Assembly (NCBI GenBank): GCA_051362555.1
Contig: CM120649.1
Span: 19,172,567-19,236,566, forward strand
Reading direction: 5' to 3'
Length of the DNA: 64,000 nucleotides
Source of the DNA: Lingula anatina
Taxonomy: Eukaryota; Animalia; Brachiopoda
The notes beneath the pieces are model-generated. The model saw only the letters and a program-made list of their open reading frames with translations. It searched no databases and was not told the origin of the DNA. Below, piece after piece: positions 1 through 12,270 of this stretch (position 1 is the stretch's first letter; the number at the start of each line of letters is the position of its first letter). The position numbers and the translations under genes were made by a program.

Positions 1-2100
1 ATGGTCCATTTATACTACTAAAATGGTAATTCTTAGAAAGACATTGGATGTCAAAATTTTTTCTTAAGTTCATTTTCAAGATTTGCATTGAAATTGAGAA
101 TATTTGGTAAAATCAGAAAATTACTTAAAAGTTGACAATGCCCAAGGAAAAAGGCCCTCGAGTCTCTCATTGTTCTCAGTTTTGACACTCTAAATATTTG
201 GGATCTTCGTTTCTAATAAAACTGTTCGCACCGTATTTGTAAAAATTGGTTACTTTATGGGCGCCAAAAAGATACATGTACGAATTTCTTCGATTGGTTA
301 TTGAATGTTATCAAGCCACGTAAAAGAGAGTACAAAATTGCAATATTTTATAATAATTTCATTCCCATAGCATAATATCTTACAAAATACCATCGATGCA
401 TCTAAACGAAAAAGAAGCAATTGCACTTGGCAAAATGGGCTATGATCTTTCCGTCAATTTTAAACCATTCATCAGTTTAATATTCCAAAGGTTAGCGACT
501 CTGATCTGGAACTAGCGTCGGAACAATAGATCTCCAGACACTATAGACATAAGTAGGTGTTTGGTCAATGATAAAATCCAGTCTCTAATCTTGATATCGC
601 GACATCAGAGACAGGTGGTTTGGATATCTTCTGACCATCGGTGAGAAGAGACATTGTCTAAATGGTTTGGTTCCGGTAGGTTTCACAATCGAATCTGAAC
701 AGTTTAATGGGCAGCACCATTCACATGGTGCATTGCAATCTGATTTATTCTAAGTTGATAGTAGTAATTGTAGAATGCTAGACACATCAAAATATATCTT
801 AAAATGAATCTCCAAGAGATGCATACCTGAAAAACCACAAAATTCATATTTCATTCGGGTGAATAAGATTCCCCAACGATAGAAATCTTTTTCGAGCCCT
901 ATGTTGTCATTTAAAGCAATTTAGGCGTCTATGTGGTTTGTGGTTTAGTCTGAACTAAACTGTTTTTAATTGACGCAATAAACATTCACTCTTCGACATA
1001 TCGACAATGTAAAAGAAATATAATGATATAAAAAAAATAATAAAAATAATAATAATGTATATGGTAAGTCTTAAATCCAAATTTCTAAAGTAGATTTCAC
1101 CGTGCAACGTGAAATGACAATAAAAGGCTAGTAAAAAGAAAGTTTGAATTTAATCAGGAGAATAGTGTATAAATTAAAATGTTACTTCAACACTCTCTTA
1201 AGTAGTCGTTTATAAAAATTCTCCTTTTTTTTAATAATAAGTCTTGAGTTTTCTTTTAAAAGTAGCTGGAACGTCTATCCTACCTGTACCTAGTAGTAAA
1301 AGTGGAAGTAATTTCCGTTACCTTGGTGCAGCTACTTTAAAGAATTGGTCACCATATGGGTGTTAGGAGTAAATGGTCGACAGAGCGTAACTGGCGAGGG
1401 TCGGGATCACAACGTTGATACAAGGCCTAAGTTGTAAAAAAAATATTGCATTGAATATATGGGAGAAAAAAGTTTCACATTGAAAATTACGTTATTTATA
1501 TATCTACATTGTGCAAAAGAAAACAATCTATCTATGAGATTACATTTTTATGTGCCTGTAGCATGCTGCAAACCCTTAATAGCTGGCTAGTAATGGCTAG
1601 TATTATTATTTACAAAACATATCATTTGTTGGGTGCAATTACTGAAATCGGCCGCACGATCAAACTTGTACTTTCTCATTATTTTGGTCTAGGAACCAGA
1701 ATGCCTCGGCTGCACGTATACTTTAAGCCTTCAGCTGTCCATCCTCCACCCTCCAACCCTCACCTCGTGCATCTTACGCCGCCATGTTCCCGTATAAAAT
1801 AAGAAAATTAGGCCTATTTATGTGCCGCGAAAATGTCTTTCGAAAATAGGTCTTTTCTAACATTCGCTTGCGATTCGTGGGCCCATGTGTGTCTCAATGC
1901 CCCAGTGTGTGTTTTATTTGTGCATCAAGACACATAACTAGCTGAATGAATATTTCTTTTATTACATCCTGATGTAGGGCCGTTGATGGATGTTTTAAGA
2001 AAATGGCGACGCTGAAAACTTTTCCCTTTTATGTATTCGTTTATTGATAAAGGCAATTAATTTAATGTAATTATATTAATTACATTATATCAATTGTATT

Positions 2101-2197
2101 TATAATATAATATAATATAATATAATATAATATAATATAATATAATATAATATAATATAATATAATATAATATAATTTAATATAATATAATATAATA
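2101..2197. repeat. (TATAA)n microsatellite
   Basis: Direct reading. Confidence 0.95.
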
Positions 2198-2295
2198 GTT
2201 GTCCAGAATACCAGGCACAGTACATTGTACCAGCCCCAAGGTATCTTAATGCGTCTCTTCAGTGCTTTATCAACAGATTACAATGTATTTTTCAG

Positions 2296-2490
2296 GTGAG
2301 AGCAATGTATGGTATGAGGAGAAATGTCCCACGGTGGAGAAGGTGACCACGCTGCCGCCATTGATATCTCCAGCATACCTAAGAAAGGTTCTTAACAAAC
2401 TGAATGCCAGCACCATCCTGGCTGCCGCGGCTGAGGCCAGAGAAAGGCTGCTCCAGGAAGAGAACACGCAGAGGAGAATGCGCAATGGAG
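2296..2490 (+). CDS. Peroxidase exon (first visible; N-terminal pro-region, [11 protein letters not shown]...RRMRNG)
   Basis: ttttcAG acceptor, GTGAGT donor, 195 nt open, phase 1/1, joins the next exon in frame. Confidence 0.8.
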
Positions 2491-4026
2491 GTGAGTTTTA
2501 AGCCTTTAGAGAGAACACGCAAGCAGGGGCTGGCGAAAGCCGACTTCTGGATCTTCCGGAAGACGGTCTGAACATTTTTTTGAGTTTACACTGACGGGCA
2601 TGTTTTTTTCTGTCAGAGAACGGTCAAAAATAAAGGACAGTTCAATAAAAGATTATTTAAAAGACTGGCAGAAAATATCGCTGGATCCGCCCCTGCGCAA
2701 GAATGACTTCCCTAAATAGATCGAAGGGCGTTGATTAAGGGTGTGATAGGTGGGGGTGACTGGATTAACATTAGAGAAGTTTTACTTCGCAGTGACCGAC
2801 ATAACCATGTGAAAATTTCCGAATTCCTGACGTTTGTCGTTCTACCTCAGGTGTGTCAAGCAAACGTGCTGTTGCTAAAGTGTCCTGACAGGTTGAAGGT
2901 CTGAATGACGGTCTTAATCCAGGAACGTGCGTCTTTGCACTTCTGCGGGTTTCAATTTTTTTTTCTGTCATTTTACCAAAATACCACACACTAAAGACCA
3001 TTGTACATGGCATAGGTCTGTTTGAAATCAAATTACTTTATAATCAAGTAATGAGATTCCAGTTGTACGCTTCTGTACAATGTTTCAGTCAAATGTGTTG
3101 TATGTGGTGCTGAACAACTTGGTAACTAGTCGGAACCATCAGAACAATGCGGCCAACGGGAGAAATTCTACTAAAGCCGAAAGAACAAAAATGAAATAAT
3201 TTTGTTTGGATATTGCAGCAACAATTTTGTGGTCAATTTTTAAGCACTTAAGTCACATGTATTTCGTACTAATCTTATGGTTTACTTCATGCCCCTTTAA
3301 TGTTTATTCCTTATTATTAGTTTTGAATAAGTTTTAGTATATTAATGGGTTTGGAATCTATGTACAATATTTGTAAGCGGGGCGGTGTTTTTTTCATGTT
3401 GTTGTTGGTGGTGGTGCATCTTTAGTTACGCAATATATAGAGGTTCTCTTTCATAAATGACGTACAGGATGGAATGGGCAAAAATGTCCAATACTAACAT
3501 GTATTGAACTAGCACCATGTAAATACACCCGGCCCCGTCTTCCAGGTATCGACTTCGTGAAGCAAGGTGCCGCCGGCATGCACGGGACAGCGACCCGCTC
3601 CTTCCGTGAGGCCAGCAGGATCAACCCCAAGGGATATCTGTTTGAGACTGTTACCAAGATCGTTGCTAACAGGTGAGAGTACGCACAGTCACATATACAT
3701 ATATACATCTGCTTTCTAGCATAAATGGCACCAACTGATACTCCTTTGTCATTTTTTACATTTGATAGTCTCATTAAAAACATAGGTATAGCAACATTTC
3801 TCACCAAGGACGGCAGTCATCAGACACGCCAACTAATGTACTAGTAATGCTAAGTAGAATATGTTTGCGTAAATGGTTGTTTGAGGAAAGTAGAGTATAG
3901 TGGCCCAGAATCCTTTTACAGGTATTTACCCTTCAAGGCTGCACACATTTCACACAATTCTAAGGCCGTGAATTTGTCTTATTTAACGTTCACTCACGGT
4001 TCTCAATCTATTCTAAACCTTTTGGT

Positions 4027-4075
<49 letters not shown>

Positions 4076-7000
4076 TAGTTCTAATGGTGTACTGTAATGA
4101 ATGTAACAGTTCGAGAAGTGTATTTGGGAAGTCTTTCAGAATGTCCCAGGACAGATTAAGAACATTTTTCATTAAAAGAGAGAAATATTATCTTCTAGAA
4201 CAGATTGAGAACCGTAAGTGAGCGTTAAGTGAGACAAATTTAAATTTGAATGGGGTTATTACGGTGATAATGACAGTGTTTGTTGTTTCTCTCCAGACTG
4301 GGTCTCACAGCCCTGGAAGCCAGCAGCGTATCTCACCTGGATATCATGAGCGGCTTTAGAGACACGTTACAAGACTTCCTGACGGCACTGGGAATGGACT
4401 GTCCCTTCGACCTTCAGAGGAGGTGCGACCAGAGAGCTAAATACCGCTCTTTTGATGGCACCTGTAACAACCTGAAGAAGCCGAACTGGGGCAAATCTTT
4501 TGAACCCTTCAAGAGGTTCCTGCATCCCATGTACGAAGACGGTAGGTCGTGTGCTGTTGGTGATGACTTGTATTAGCTTGTTCAATGACAAACCTTGAAA
4601 AATTGGAATAATTACATTAATGAAACGCTGTTGGTTAGTTGATTAATTACTTTGGATAAGATATGGAGATAAATTGAACGTCCAGTTTTAGTTTTATTTT
4701 GGCTACTATGAAAGTTGATGTTTAATCTGAAAGGAAATGCACGTCACTCCATTCACTTTGTCAAGTAGTGAGACCATGTGCCACAGGGAATAATAGTTCT
4801 ATAAGATTATACTGCTTAAACGCCAAAATATCACACATGTGCCAAAAAGGTGTTTTGTTTACTAAGTCAGTAAGATAACAACGTTGACAATTGCCATTAT
4901 ATGGATTGCAGTCTATTTTAAAAACACAAAGGACCCTGTCAACATTTGTCAACCTGGTGTCACTATCTGTGTCTCGTGGAACAGCTGAAACGCCATTTAC
5001 CTGACAGCTCTGAAGTCACCTATTGTCACCAGAACACTGAAGTGTCTGTTCGCTTTTTTTTTCTTGTCATCCCATACATTGGTGGGTGATGCGGTTTTGG
5101 TGCTGTTCTATTCGTCCATTAATCATATTTTGATAAGATGTTGGTGAGCGTTTATTTCTTCACATCCGCTTCAAAAAGGAATAATGACTTTGCTATTTGT
5201 CATTGCAATACAATTGATTGCATTGAAAGAGGTGACCTTCAGCGCTTAATGGAAATCTCAGGCAGCACGTTTCTTGTGTCAGTTTCTTTTAGCAACCGCC
5301 AATAACATTGTTTTTATATGAAGGCAGTGTTTTAGAAAAGGGAGTGTGAATTGTACCAACACGTACTTTACATTTTCCTAAAAGAGCTGTGATTGTATTT
5401 TATGGTTGGCATCGATATCATTTGCATTTTTATAAAATTGATTAAATCCGAATAGTGAATTAGTGAGTTCAAGCAATAGATATGTACATATATAATATAA
5501 ATCTCAATTGTTCATTGTACATGTGGCTCACAGAAGACCTTGGAACATTTAAAATATTCCGTTTGATGGTCAAATGATGTGACCATAATAAACACCCATT
5601 ATTCTCCTCCCCTTAAGGTAGTCCAGTGAATAGTCAGTTAGATAGTCAGGTAGATAAATATGTCTTACAAATGTGTCCGAATTTTTGACATACTCAGTTG
5701 TCGTTGACAATGTGTCCACTGTAACTCGGACAAACGTTGTTTGTTCACGATAGTACCTCTTACTAAATGTGGGAATATGGCTGATCTAGAGCCCACTGAG
5801 GTAATAGAAAATGCCCAAAATTGCACCACCTTTTCTGGAAAACTCTTCCTGGCATATATAGAACCACCAGCGTTATTTTCCTATGTGTTTTTCTTTACTT
5901 TACACAATATTTATTGGCATCATTTATATCTGATAAAATAAGAATGATCACTTACCACATTTTCGACTCCAAAATGACAGGACCAATGCTAGGAAAGAAA
6001 TAAATGCTTCGATACACGAGATTTTTTAAAAAATTCACGTGAGAAAAAAACACTAGGGAAAATTTTGTAGTGGATGCCAGGGAAATACCGCGGTATAAAG
6101 GTTGTCAACTACATATGAGATTCCAAATATAAGCATTTTAAAGCTTGCACACATGTATGACTGGATTACTTTTATAAATGTATTTATTTCAGGGGTGATT
6201 AAATATATGTCTCCAATAATTTTTTCAAGTTATGTAAAACCATGTACTGAACCATTATATCCCCCATAAGTATTTTAACATTGTTTGTTTTTCAAGTAAA
6301 CATATGGACACAGCATTACCAATTGTTCAGACTGCCTTTTTCCGAGCATACGAAAATACGCACCTTGCGTATTAGTTTAAAAAAACGCCTACAGATTTTT
6401 CTCTTTTTTATCATGAACAAAGGAATTATAACGAAATTGTTGAGTGTGAAAGTCCAATTATACATGCACGAAGGTATTTAAGAATACAGATTGTGCGTAG
6501 GAAACTAGAATTATACAGCTAATGCTACGTACTTTCAGGCGTGAACACTGAGAGAAGTAAAGGTCGCTTTGGCGTTCCTCTGCCCAACCCCAGGGCCGTC
6601 AGTAGCTCCATCCACGAGGGCAGTAACACCACACTGAACTCCAAGTCCCACACCAGATTGCTCATGTTGTTTGGCCAGTTCTTGGACCACGATCTTACTC
6701 ACACCCCTGTACCTAAAGGTAAGACATACAGGTAGATTAAATAGCAAGAATTCAGTTAACAAATCACTCTTAAATATATTGGCCAAAATAAAAAGATAAA
6801 TAAGAAAGATAAAAAATGTGCTCGTGTCGAGTGTTGTATAAGAAAGTGCCATCAAACGTTTTCTTTTTTCATTAAATAAATATCTTTCATATTGTACTTG
6901 GCAGTGAATTCGTAAACCACACCTTGCCACGTGGTATATTACACACTATTTAACATTAAGATTTTGTGACACAGGAATCAATGGCTCAGAAATCAACTGT

Positions 7001-8242
7001 TGTGCTGACGACGTCCTCGAACATAACAGGAACGTCAGGATTCCAAGGGAAGAACTTGCTTCATTGCTCAGGAAAAGGTAAAGTGTTTGTTTCTGTATTT
7101 TATTATGCTGTATTTTGAATGGTGGTAACCTTTATGTAGTTCCCAAAGATAGAAATCCGGTAATTTAAACACTGTACATATATATAGCCATCAATTTTAA
7201 AGGTTTGTTTTTCTGAAAAAGAGGACCATTTTATTCACTTAGCTGTTCCAACTTTAGAAACGGCATATAACTTGGATCGAATTCCGATTCAAAGCGGACC
7301 TTTTTTCATGAATGGTAGTCCGCTAGGAACTGTAGTCCGTTACCCATTACCTTGTACAGGTGACATTTGTCCCATATACTAACCCCGATACTCCATCTAA
7401 CCCTAACCTGTACTAATAATATGGGACCCCATACTTCCATTCCTAGGTCTACCATTCCTGTCACCCCGGCAGGCACCAGCATATATGTGTAAAATCTCGC
7501 TGTGACAAATGATTAGCAAGTGTTATATTCTGTGTGTGTTTTCCACGTAGGTCCGAATGTATGCCTATTGATATTCCAACCGGTGACCGGAGATTTAGGC
7601 GCTCTTGTATGAACTTTATCCGATCTTTGCCAACTCCAAACGACAAATGTGAATTAGGTGAGTGACGACGCCATGTAATCATAATTTTTATTGTGTTTAC
7701 TATGAATGCACGTGATTCATTGCACTACGCATATTGAATGAAAGTGTTTGGCTGGCTATCCAAACAAAGATTTATTTCTGAAAAATCGCCTCGCATATGA
7801 AGCGTGCCTCAGTTGATTTTTCTTTGAAGTAATAATGTTATTCCCTACATTTTGGAGGATTGGATTGTAGTAACATGTAGTTAAGCTTTATCGATGCCTT
7901 CTAAATTGGCAGTTACTCGAGACATCTGATTTCTAAAAACCCTAAAGTTTGTCAACGCTGACAGTTGCATAGGAATGTTTTATTTCGTATCGAAGTATTT
8001 ATTATACTTGGAAACACGCACAGTAGTAAATGAAAGCAAATGTTAGAACATATCGTAGATAGTAAACAAAAGACAACGAAGACGATGACGTACGTACTTC
8101 AGTTAAACGTTTGCTGTTCCCTCTTCCAGGCTACCGTGAGCAACTTAACCAGGTAACGTCATACATAGACGCGTCCCAGGTGTACGGCTCCACGGAGGAG
8201 CAGGCCCGCAATCTGCGAGCCTTCTCTGGAGGTAACGTGTTT

Positions 8243-8282
<40 letters not shown>

Positions 8283-11200
8283 ATGTACTCCTCCTCCTCC
8301 TCCTCCTACTACTACTACTACTCGGTAATGTTCTACTCCTACTTCTTCCACCATACACTGACTGTCATTGTGCGAAGATTAATAATTATCATACAATTAG
8401 CACAGATTAATTAATGATCCCACATCCGCTAATTTGAGGTGTGTTAAAACATACTATTGGCCAATAACGTAACTGCAGTAAAAATATTGACCGATGTTAC
8501 ATCGACTATTTTATTTATTTATTTTTGACTAATTAGAGCTCCGTTGAGAGTGAGATATTTTATTGGTATTTATCATTTAACTGTATTCAAATTAAGTTAA
8601 AGGAGGAGGGAACGAACAATATACTGTATGTTATGTGCAGATCAGCAGTGCCATGTATAGGAAACAGTGTATATTCTAGTACATAGTAACACACCATAAA
8701 CATGATAACATAAAAAAACAAACAAACTAAGGCATATGTGAACCTTTTCAGGTCTCTTGAAGACATCCGTGGTCAATGGAAAGATGTTCATGCCCAAGGA
8801 TAATAGCAATCAGGAAAAGGAATGCGTCACCCCGGCCAATAAACCGGAAATTAAATGTTTTATTGCTGGTACGTTAGCTTTTGGCGATTACTTTGTGTAA
8901 TAATCAAGTTTTTTATTTATATGTTTTATCATGAAGATTTATTCATATAGAACATCATTGTAGCAAAACATTTCTATGGCTTCAACATAAATAGATACCT
9001 ACATGTAAAATCCGTAACTTGCGTATCTTCCAACGTTAAAGCAAGTAATATAGCATGTTTTAAAACGGTTCCTCTCATAAGCAATCATCTTCACATGTTT
9101 GGAACTACATATACAGAACACCCTCACGCAGCATAGTATTGGAGGATTTTATTTTTGATTTCAAAAAGGCCGTCACTAAATGTCATGTTCTAGCCAAAGA
9201 CTTAGAACCACAACTCTTGAGCCTTTTGTATCATTATTTTCCAGGTGATGAACGCAGCAACGAACAGCTTACTTTGACCATGATTCACACCATGTTCGTG
9301 AGGGAGCACAACCGCATCGCCACCACGCTCCAACGCTACAACCCCCACTGGGACGACGAGAGGACATACCAGGAGACCCGCCGTATAGTCGGCGCCATGT
9401 TGCAGCATATTACCTACAGTATGTGGCTGCCGATGGTCTTGGGCCACCGCGGGGTCGACTGCTTCGAGGTCGGTGTTGGAACATCAGGTTATTTCAAAGG
9501 CTACAACGAGAACATCGATCCGTCGATCCGTAACGCTTTTGCCGCTGCCGGATTCCGTTTCGGACACTCTTTGGTCATGGAACACATCGCCAGGTACGGA
9601 CGCGGGTACACGCCACTGCCCTCCATCCCGCTGAAGAATGCCTTCTTTAAGCCCGAGGAACTGTACAACTCTGAGCAGGGAGGAATGGAGTCCATTGCTC
9701 GCGGTATTTTCAAGGATCCTATGGAGCAATGTGATCGTCATCTGACTCCAGCTGTCACGGACCATCTGTTCGAAGATCCGCACTCTCGCATAGGTGAGGT
9801 TTTGATTGGTCGATTCACATATTCTTAAAAACAAATATTAATTAATTTAAAATATTTACATTTTAATGCAGGAACGGTGTGCCCTCTTCACAGAACTCTA
9901 TTATATAATGCTCGTTTATTGGTCCAGCCTAGTATAAATTTTTAAGTAGGGGATTCATCTGCCTCAAACCAAGTCAACGGTTTTAAACGGCATTCTAGAA
10001 TATACATGTACAGTCGACACTGTCTTGTAAAAATAGCGATTTTGCACCATTAATTTCTCTCTAGTCAATAAGGAAAAATGACACCACATATTCTGATTTA
10101 TAAATAGCGTTGGACTTGGCAGCCCTTAATATCCAGCGTGGTCGTGACCACGCCCTTCCCCCATACAACGACTGGAGACATTGGTGTGGTCTTCCCAAGG
10201 CCAGGCACTTCTTCACCAGCAAGGACGGTCTGGTCAACATGGACGACGTCACTGCTAAGAAAATCAGCGAAATATACAAGTAAGTGGTGCAGTATGAATA
10301 TGAAGGAGTTGTCCTAGAGGTGTTCCACAAAAAAGCGAATATTTGAACCACAACAGTGAATTGAAGTGTTGTATGTCACTTTTTTATCACTTTTGATTTC
10401 TTTCGGCGTTGGAGAGTGCTAAAGTATACAGTAACGAAACAGTAACGAAATTATTAATATTAATAGCATGATAAGAGTTAGTAAGATGTAGATGTTGTTT
10501 ACTTCTTCCCGTCCGCTTGAGTATGACAGTTTTTCCATCTTTTATTATTATTATTTTTTTTTTTTATGATTGACGTCTCATAGCTTCACCTCTGTTTCTC
10601 ACTTTCTCTCCTTCCCTCTCCCTCCCTCTCTCTCCCTTCTCTCTCCCTTCTCTCTCTTTTCTCTCTCTCTCTCTCTCTCTCAATGCTTCCCTTGCCACAG
10701 ATCTACACGTGTATTAACCATGGTTTGTATCCCCTAGTCACCCGGATGACATTGACCTGTTTACTGGTGGTATGGCGGAGCTTCCAGTCCCCGGGGGTAT
10801 CGTTGGACCCACGTTCGCTTGTATTTTGGGAAGACAGTTTGCCGCCCTTAAGTTCGGCGATAGATTCTTTTACGAAAATGGAGACGAGGACATCAGATTT
10901 ACTGAAGGTATGTGTTCTTGACATAAGCCATTACGATTGCTGAGGTATTTTGTTCCTGTTTGTGTTTAAATCATGTATACGCCAAATGTTGCAATTGAGA
11001 GGCGCGTCAAACAAGACACTTATGTTTTAAGTGCGTTCTTAAAAAATCATTACGGCTGATTTTGTTTTTGCTGTTGCCTTGTTTGTTTAAAAGATGCCAA
11101 CACTATTACAAATGAAGGCACGACAAACAAGACACCAAAGGGCTGTGCACCTTCAAACATGGACCAGCACTTGTCTTTTAAAATCTTATCTCTCTTGATT

Positions 11201-12270
11201 CTCCAGACCAGCTGGAGGAACTCCGCAAAACCGACATGGCCAGATTGTTCTGTGACAACTTCAACATTGCGTCCATCCCACGTAACGTGTTTTTGATGTC
11301 TGATGACACCACGTAAGTACAAGACACCTACGTCACTTCCGGTGTAGCTCCTGTCCCTGTCTTCAAACTGTAATCAGACACATGTGGGAATGTCTACGAC
11401 TACATGAGCTTCTATTACGCTTGTTTTCTACGGGGATTTGTATGGGTTTGTCTGCCATTTTTGTGCACATTAACATGTGCCCTACACTTTTTAGATGATC
11501 TAAATTGCACTGGGGATAGGCCGACATATACATCCACTGTAAATAATAAAAAGGTTGCATAACGCTTGAGAATGGACAAATTCGATATTGTCAAAAAAGC
11601 ATTGCAAACTACAGTCAGGTGACAACATTAAATCACGTGACAGCACCTCCAACACCTCAAGTACAGTAACATCGTGCTGAAAAGGGGGGACAGGCAGTCC
11701 CAGAAATCTTCACGTGATCTTGAATTCACATGGCAAATTGTGTCATTTATTTCTGTACTTCAAATTCAATCCTGGTATTTTCTATCTGCAGCAACCCCCT
11801 TTTGACAGCAGCACGAGTCACAAGTCTGTTCAAAATATGAAACCTTTTTTTTTTTTTTTTGTTTTGGATAAGAATTAAAAAAAATAATAAAATGAAAACG
11901 CTTTATTATAATAAAACGCTTCAAACAGAATTCGATGTTTTCTATTTCCAGCAACCCCCTCGTTGATTGCCGCACGGTGAAGTCTATGGACCTCCGCAGG
12001 TGGATAGAGCGCCGCAATGTATGCCGGGACGGGCAGTGGAGCAGCTGGTCCGACTGGAGATGTATCCGCTGTGATCAGCACAACAGAATACGCATGCGCG
12101 TGCGCAGGTGCGACAACCCCTCGCCTTCATCTTGCGGCAAGAACTGCGAAGGCTCCAGCATTGAGGTCAGACGTTTTGACCTTATTAACGACTCCCCATT
12201 GCCTGCGAACTTCGAGAACTTGTCGGAAGCACAGCGCTACAACTACGTTCTCACTCGACGATACAATTAG
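2296..12270 (+). CDS. Animal heme peroxidase (peroxinectin/chorion peroxidase-like) with C-terminal TSP1 repeat; 5'-incomplete; join(2296-2490,3546-3672,4297-4541,6539-6718,6975-7077,7551-7657,8130-8231,8752-8868,9245-9793,10108-10279,10738-10907,11207-11312,11952-12270)
   Basis: Thirteen GT-AG exons join in one open frame with matching phases (2492 nt, ~830 codons). Family motifs: [26 protein letters not shown] (distal His), [28 protein letters not shown] (distal Arg/Glu), [15 protein letters not shown] (proximal His), [35 protein letters not shown], then WSSWSDW..C..C...R.R.C (TSP1). No start/signal-peptide exon was identified. Confidence 0.95.
2523..2696. mobile_element. Degenerate MITE-like insertion with short GC-rich terminal inverted repeats
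   Basis: gcaggggc at 2523-2530 and ctggatccgcccctgc at 2681-2696; this end sequence is common in invertebrate MITEs (recalled, not searched). Confidence 0.45.
3546..3672 (+). CDS. Peroxidase exon ([14 protein letters not shown]...[10 protein letters not shown])
   Basis: cttccAG acceptor, GTGAGA donor, phase 1/2, open frame; absent from the ORF track. Confidence 0.85.
3971..4240. repeat. Imperfect 47-bp inverted repeat enclosing a long poly-T tract (MITE-like foldback)
   Basis: aatttgtcttatttaacgttcactcacggttctcaatctattctaaa (3971-4017) is close to the reverse complement of 4194-4240. Confidence 0.8.
4297..4541 (+). CDS. Peroxidase exon (start of catalytic domain, [23 protein letters not shown])
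   Basis: ctccAG / GTAGGT, phase 2/1, canonical YRxxDGxCNN motif. Confidence 0.95.
6539..6718 (+). CDS. Peroxidase exon (LPNPRAVS...FGQFLDHDL, distal His)
   Basis: tttcAG / GTAAGA, phase 1/1, canonical motif. Confidence 0.95.
6975..7077 (+). CDS. Peroxidase exon ([12 protein letters not shown]...LLRKR)
   Basis: cacAG / GTAAAG, phase 1/2, CC motif typical of peroxinectin-like enzymes. Confidence 0.88.
7310..7469 (-). mobile_element. MITE copy, one end truncated; same family as 17501-17667, opposite orientation
   Basis: gaatggtagtccgctag...ctaaccctaacc...ctaccattcctgtcac aligns along its length to the reverse complement of the 17.5-kb copy. Confidence 0.8.
7551..7657 (+). CDS. Peroxidase exon ([11 protein letters not shown]...CMNFIRS)
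   Basis: ccacgtAG / GTGAGT, phase 2/1, CxPIxIP and CMxFxRS motifs. Confidence 0.95.
8130..8231 (+). CDS. Peroxidase exon ([19 protein letters not shown], Ca-binding region)
   Basis: cttccAG / GTAACG, phase 1/1. Confidence 0.95.
8243..8322. repeat. (CTA)n/(CTC)n compound microsatellite just inside a peroxidase intron
   Basis: Direct reading; explains the poly-Leu and poly-Val ORFs. Confidence 0.95.
8752..8868 (+). CDS. Peroxidase exon (GLLKTS...KCFIAG)
   Basis: ttttcAG / GTACGT, phase 1/1; CFxAG joins D of the next exon. Confidence 0.93.
9245..9793 (+). CDS. Peroxidase exon (DERSNEQ...REHNRIA...FRFGHS)
   Basis: ttccAG / GTGAGG, phase 1/1; core of ORF 9139-9828. Confidence 0.97.
10108..10279 (+). 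CDS. Peroxidase exon ([23 protein letters not shown])
   Basis: aatAG / GTAAGT, phase 1/2, canonical motif. Confidence 0.95.
10596..10681. repeat. (CT)n-rich polypyrimidine tract
   Basis: Direct reading. Confidence 0.9.
10738..10907 (+). CDS. Peroxidase exon ([11 protein letters not shown]...GDRFFYEN)
   Basis: cccctAG / GTATGT, phase 2/1, canonical motifs. Confidence 0.95.
11207..11312 (+). CDS. Peroxidase exon ([17 protein letters not shown])
   Basis: ctccAG / GTAAGT, phase 1/2. Confidence 0.95.
11781..11840 (+). other. Degenerate duplicate of the peroxidase terminal-exon acceptor and exon start (pseudo-exon or alternative last exon)
   Basis: tctatctgcAG|caaccccctttt-gacagcagcacg aligns to tctatttccAG|caaccccctcgttgattgccgcacg at 11941. 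Confidence 0.7.
11952..12270 (+). CDS. Peroxidase terminal exon (NPLVDC...MDLRRW + TSP1-like repeat + tail, TAG stop)
   Basis: tttccAG acceptor, phase 2; NPxVxC..DLxxW ends the peroxidase domain, followed by [10 protein letters not shown]...RRCDNPSP. Confidence 0.92.

Noticed and set aside
1-2295. Search for the peroxidase start/signal-peptide exon
   Set aside because: No ATG + hydrophobic signal + phase-1 donor was found; candidates near 600-680, 1354 and 2003 hit stops or lack a signal. The exon is probably upstream of the window.
8111-8410. Poly-Leu/poly-Val ORFs here, and similar IYIY, SLSL, RERE and FIYL ORFs elsewhere
   Set aside because: They are translations of microsatellites
9202-9834. 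Minus-strand ORFs overlapping exons (also at 3451, 4367, 6535, 11050, 18443, 19604, 19984, 22123)
   Set aside because: Antisense shadows of GC-richer + strand coding exons; no protein motifs
10695-10737. Upstream acceptor ccacAG at 10700 after the CT tract as the start of the peroxidase exon
   Set aside because: It adds 37 nt and hits an in-frame TAG; the acceptor at 10737 restores the conserved Y-x-H-P-D-D-I-D motif
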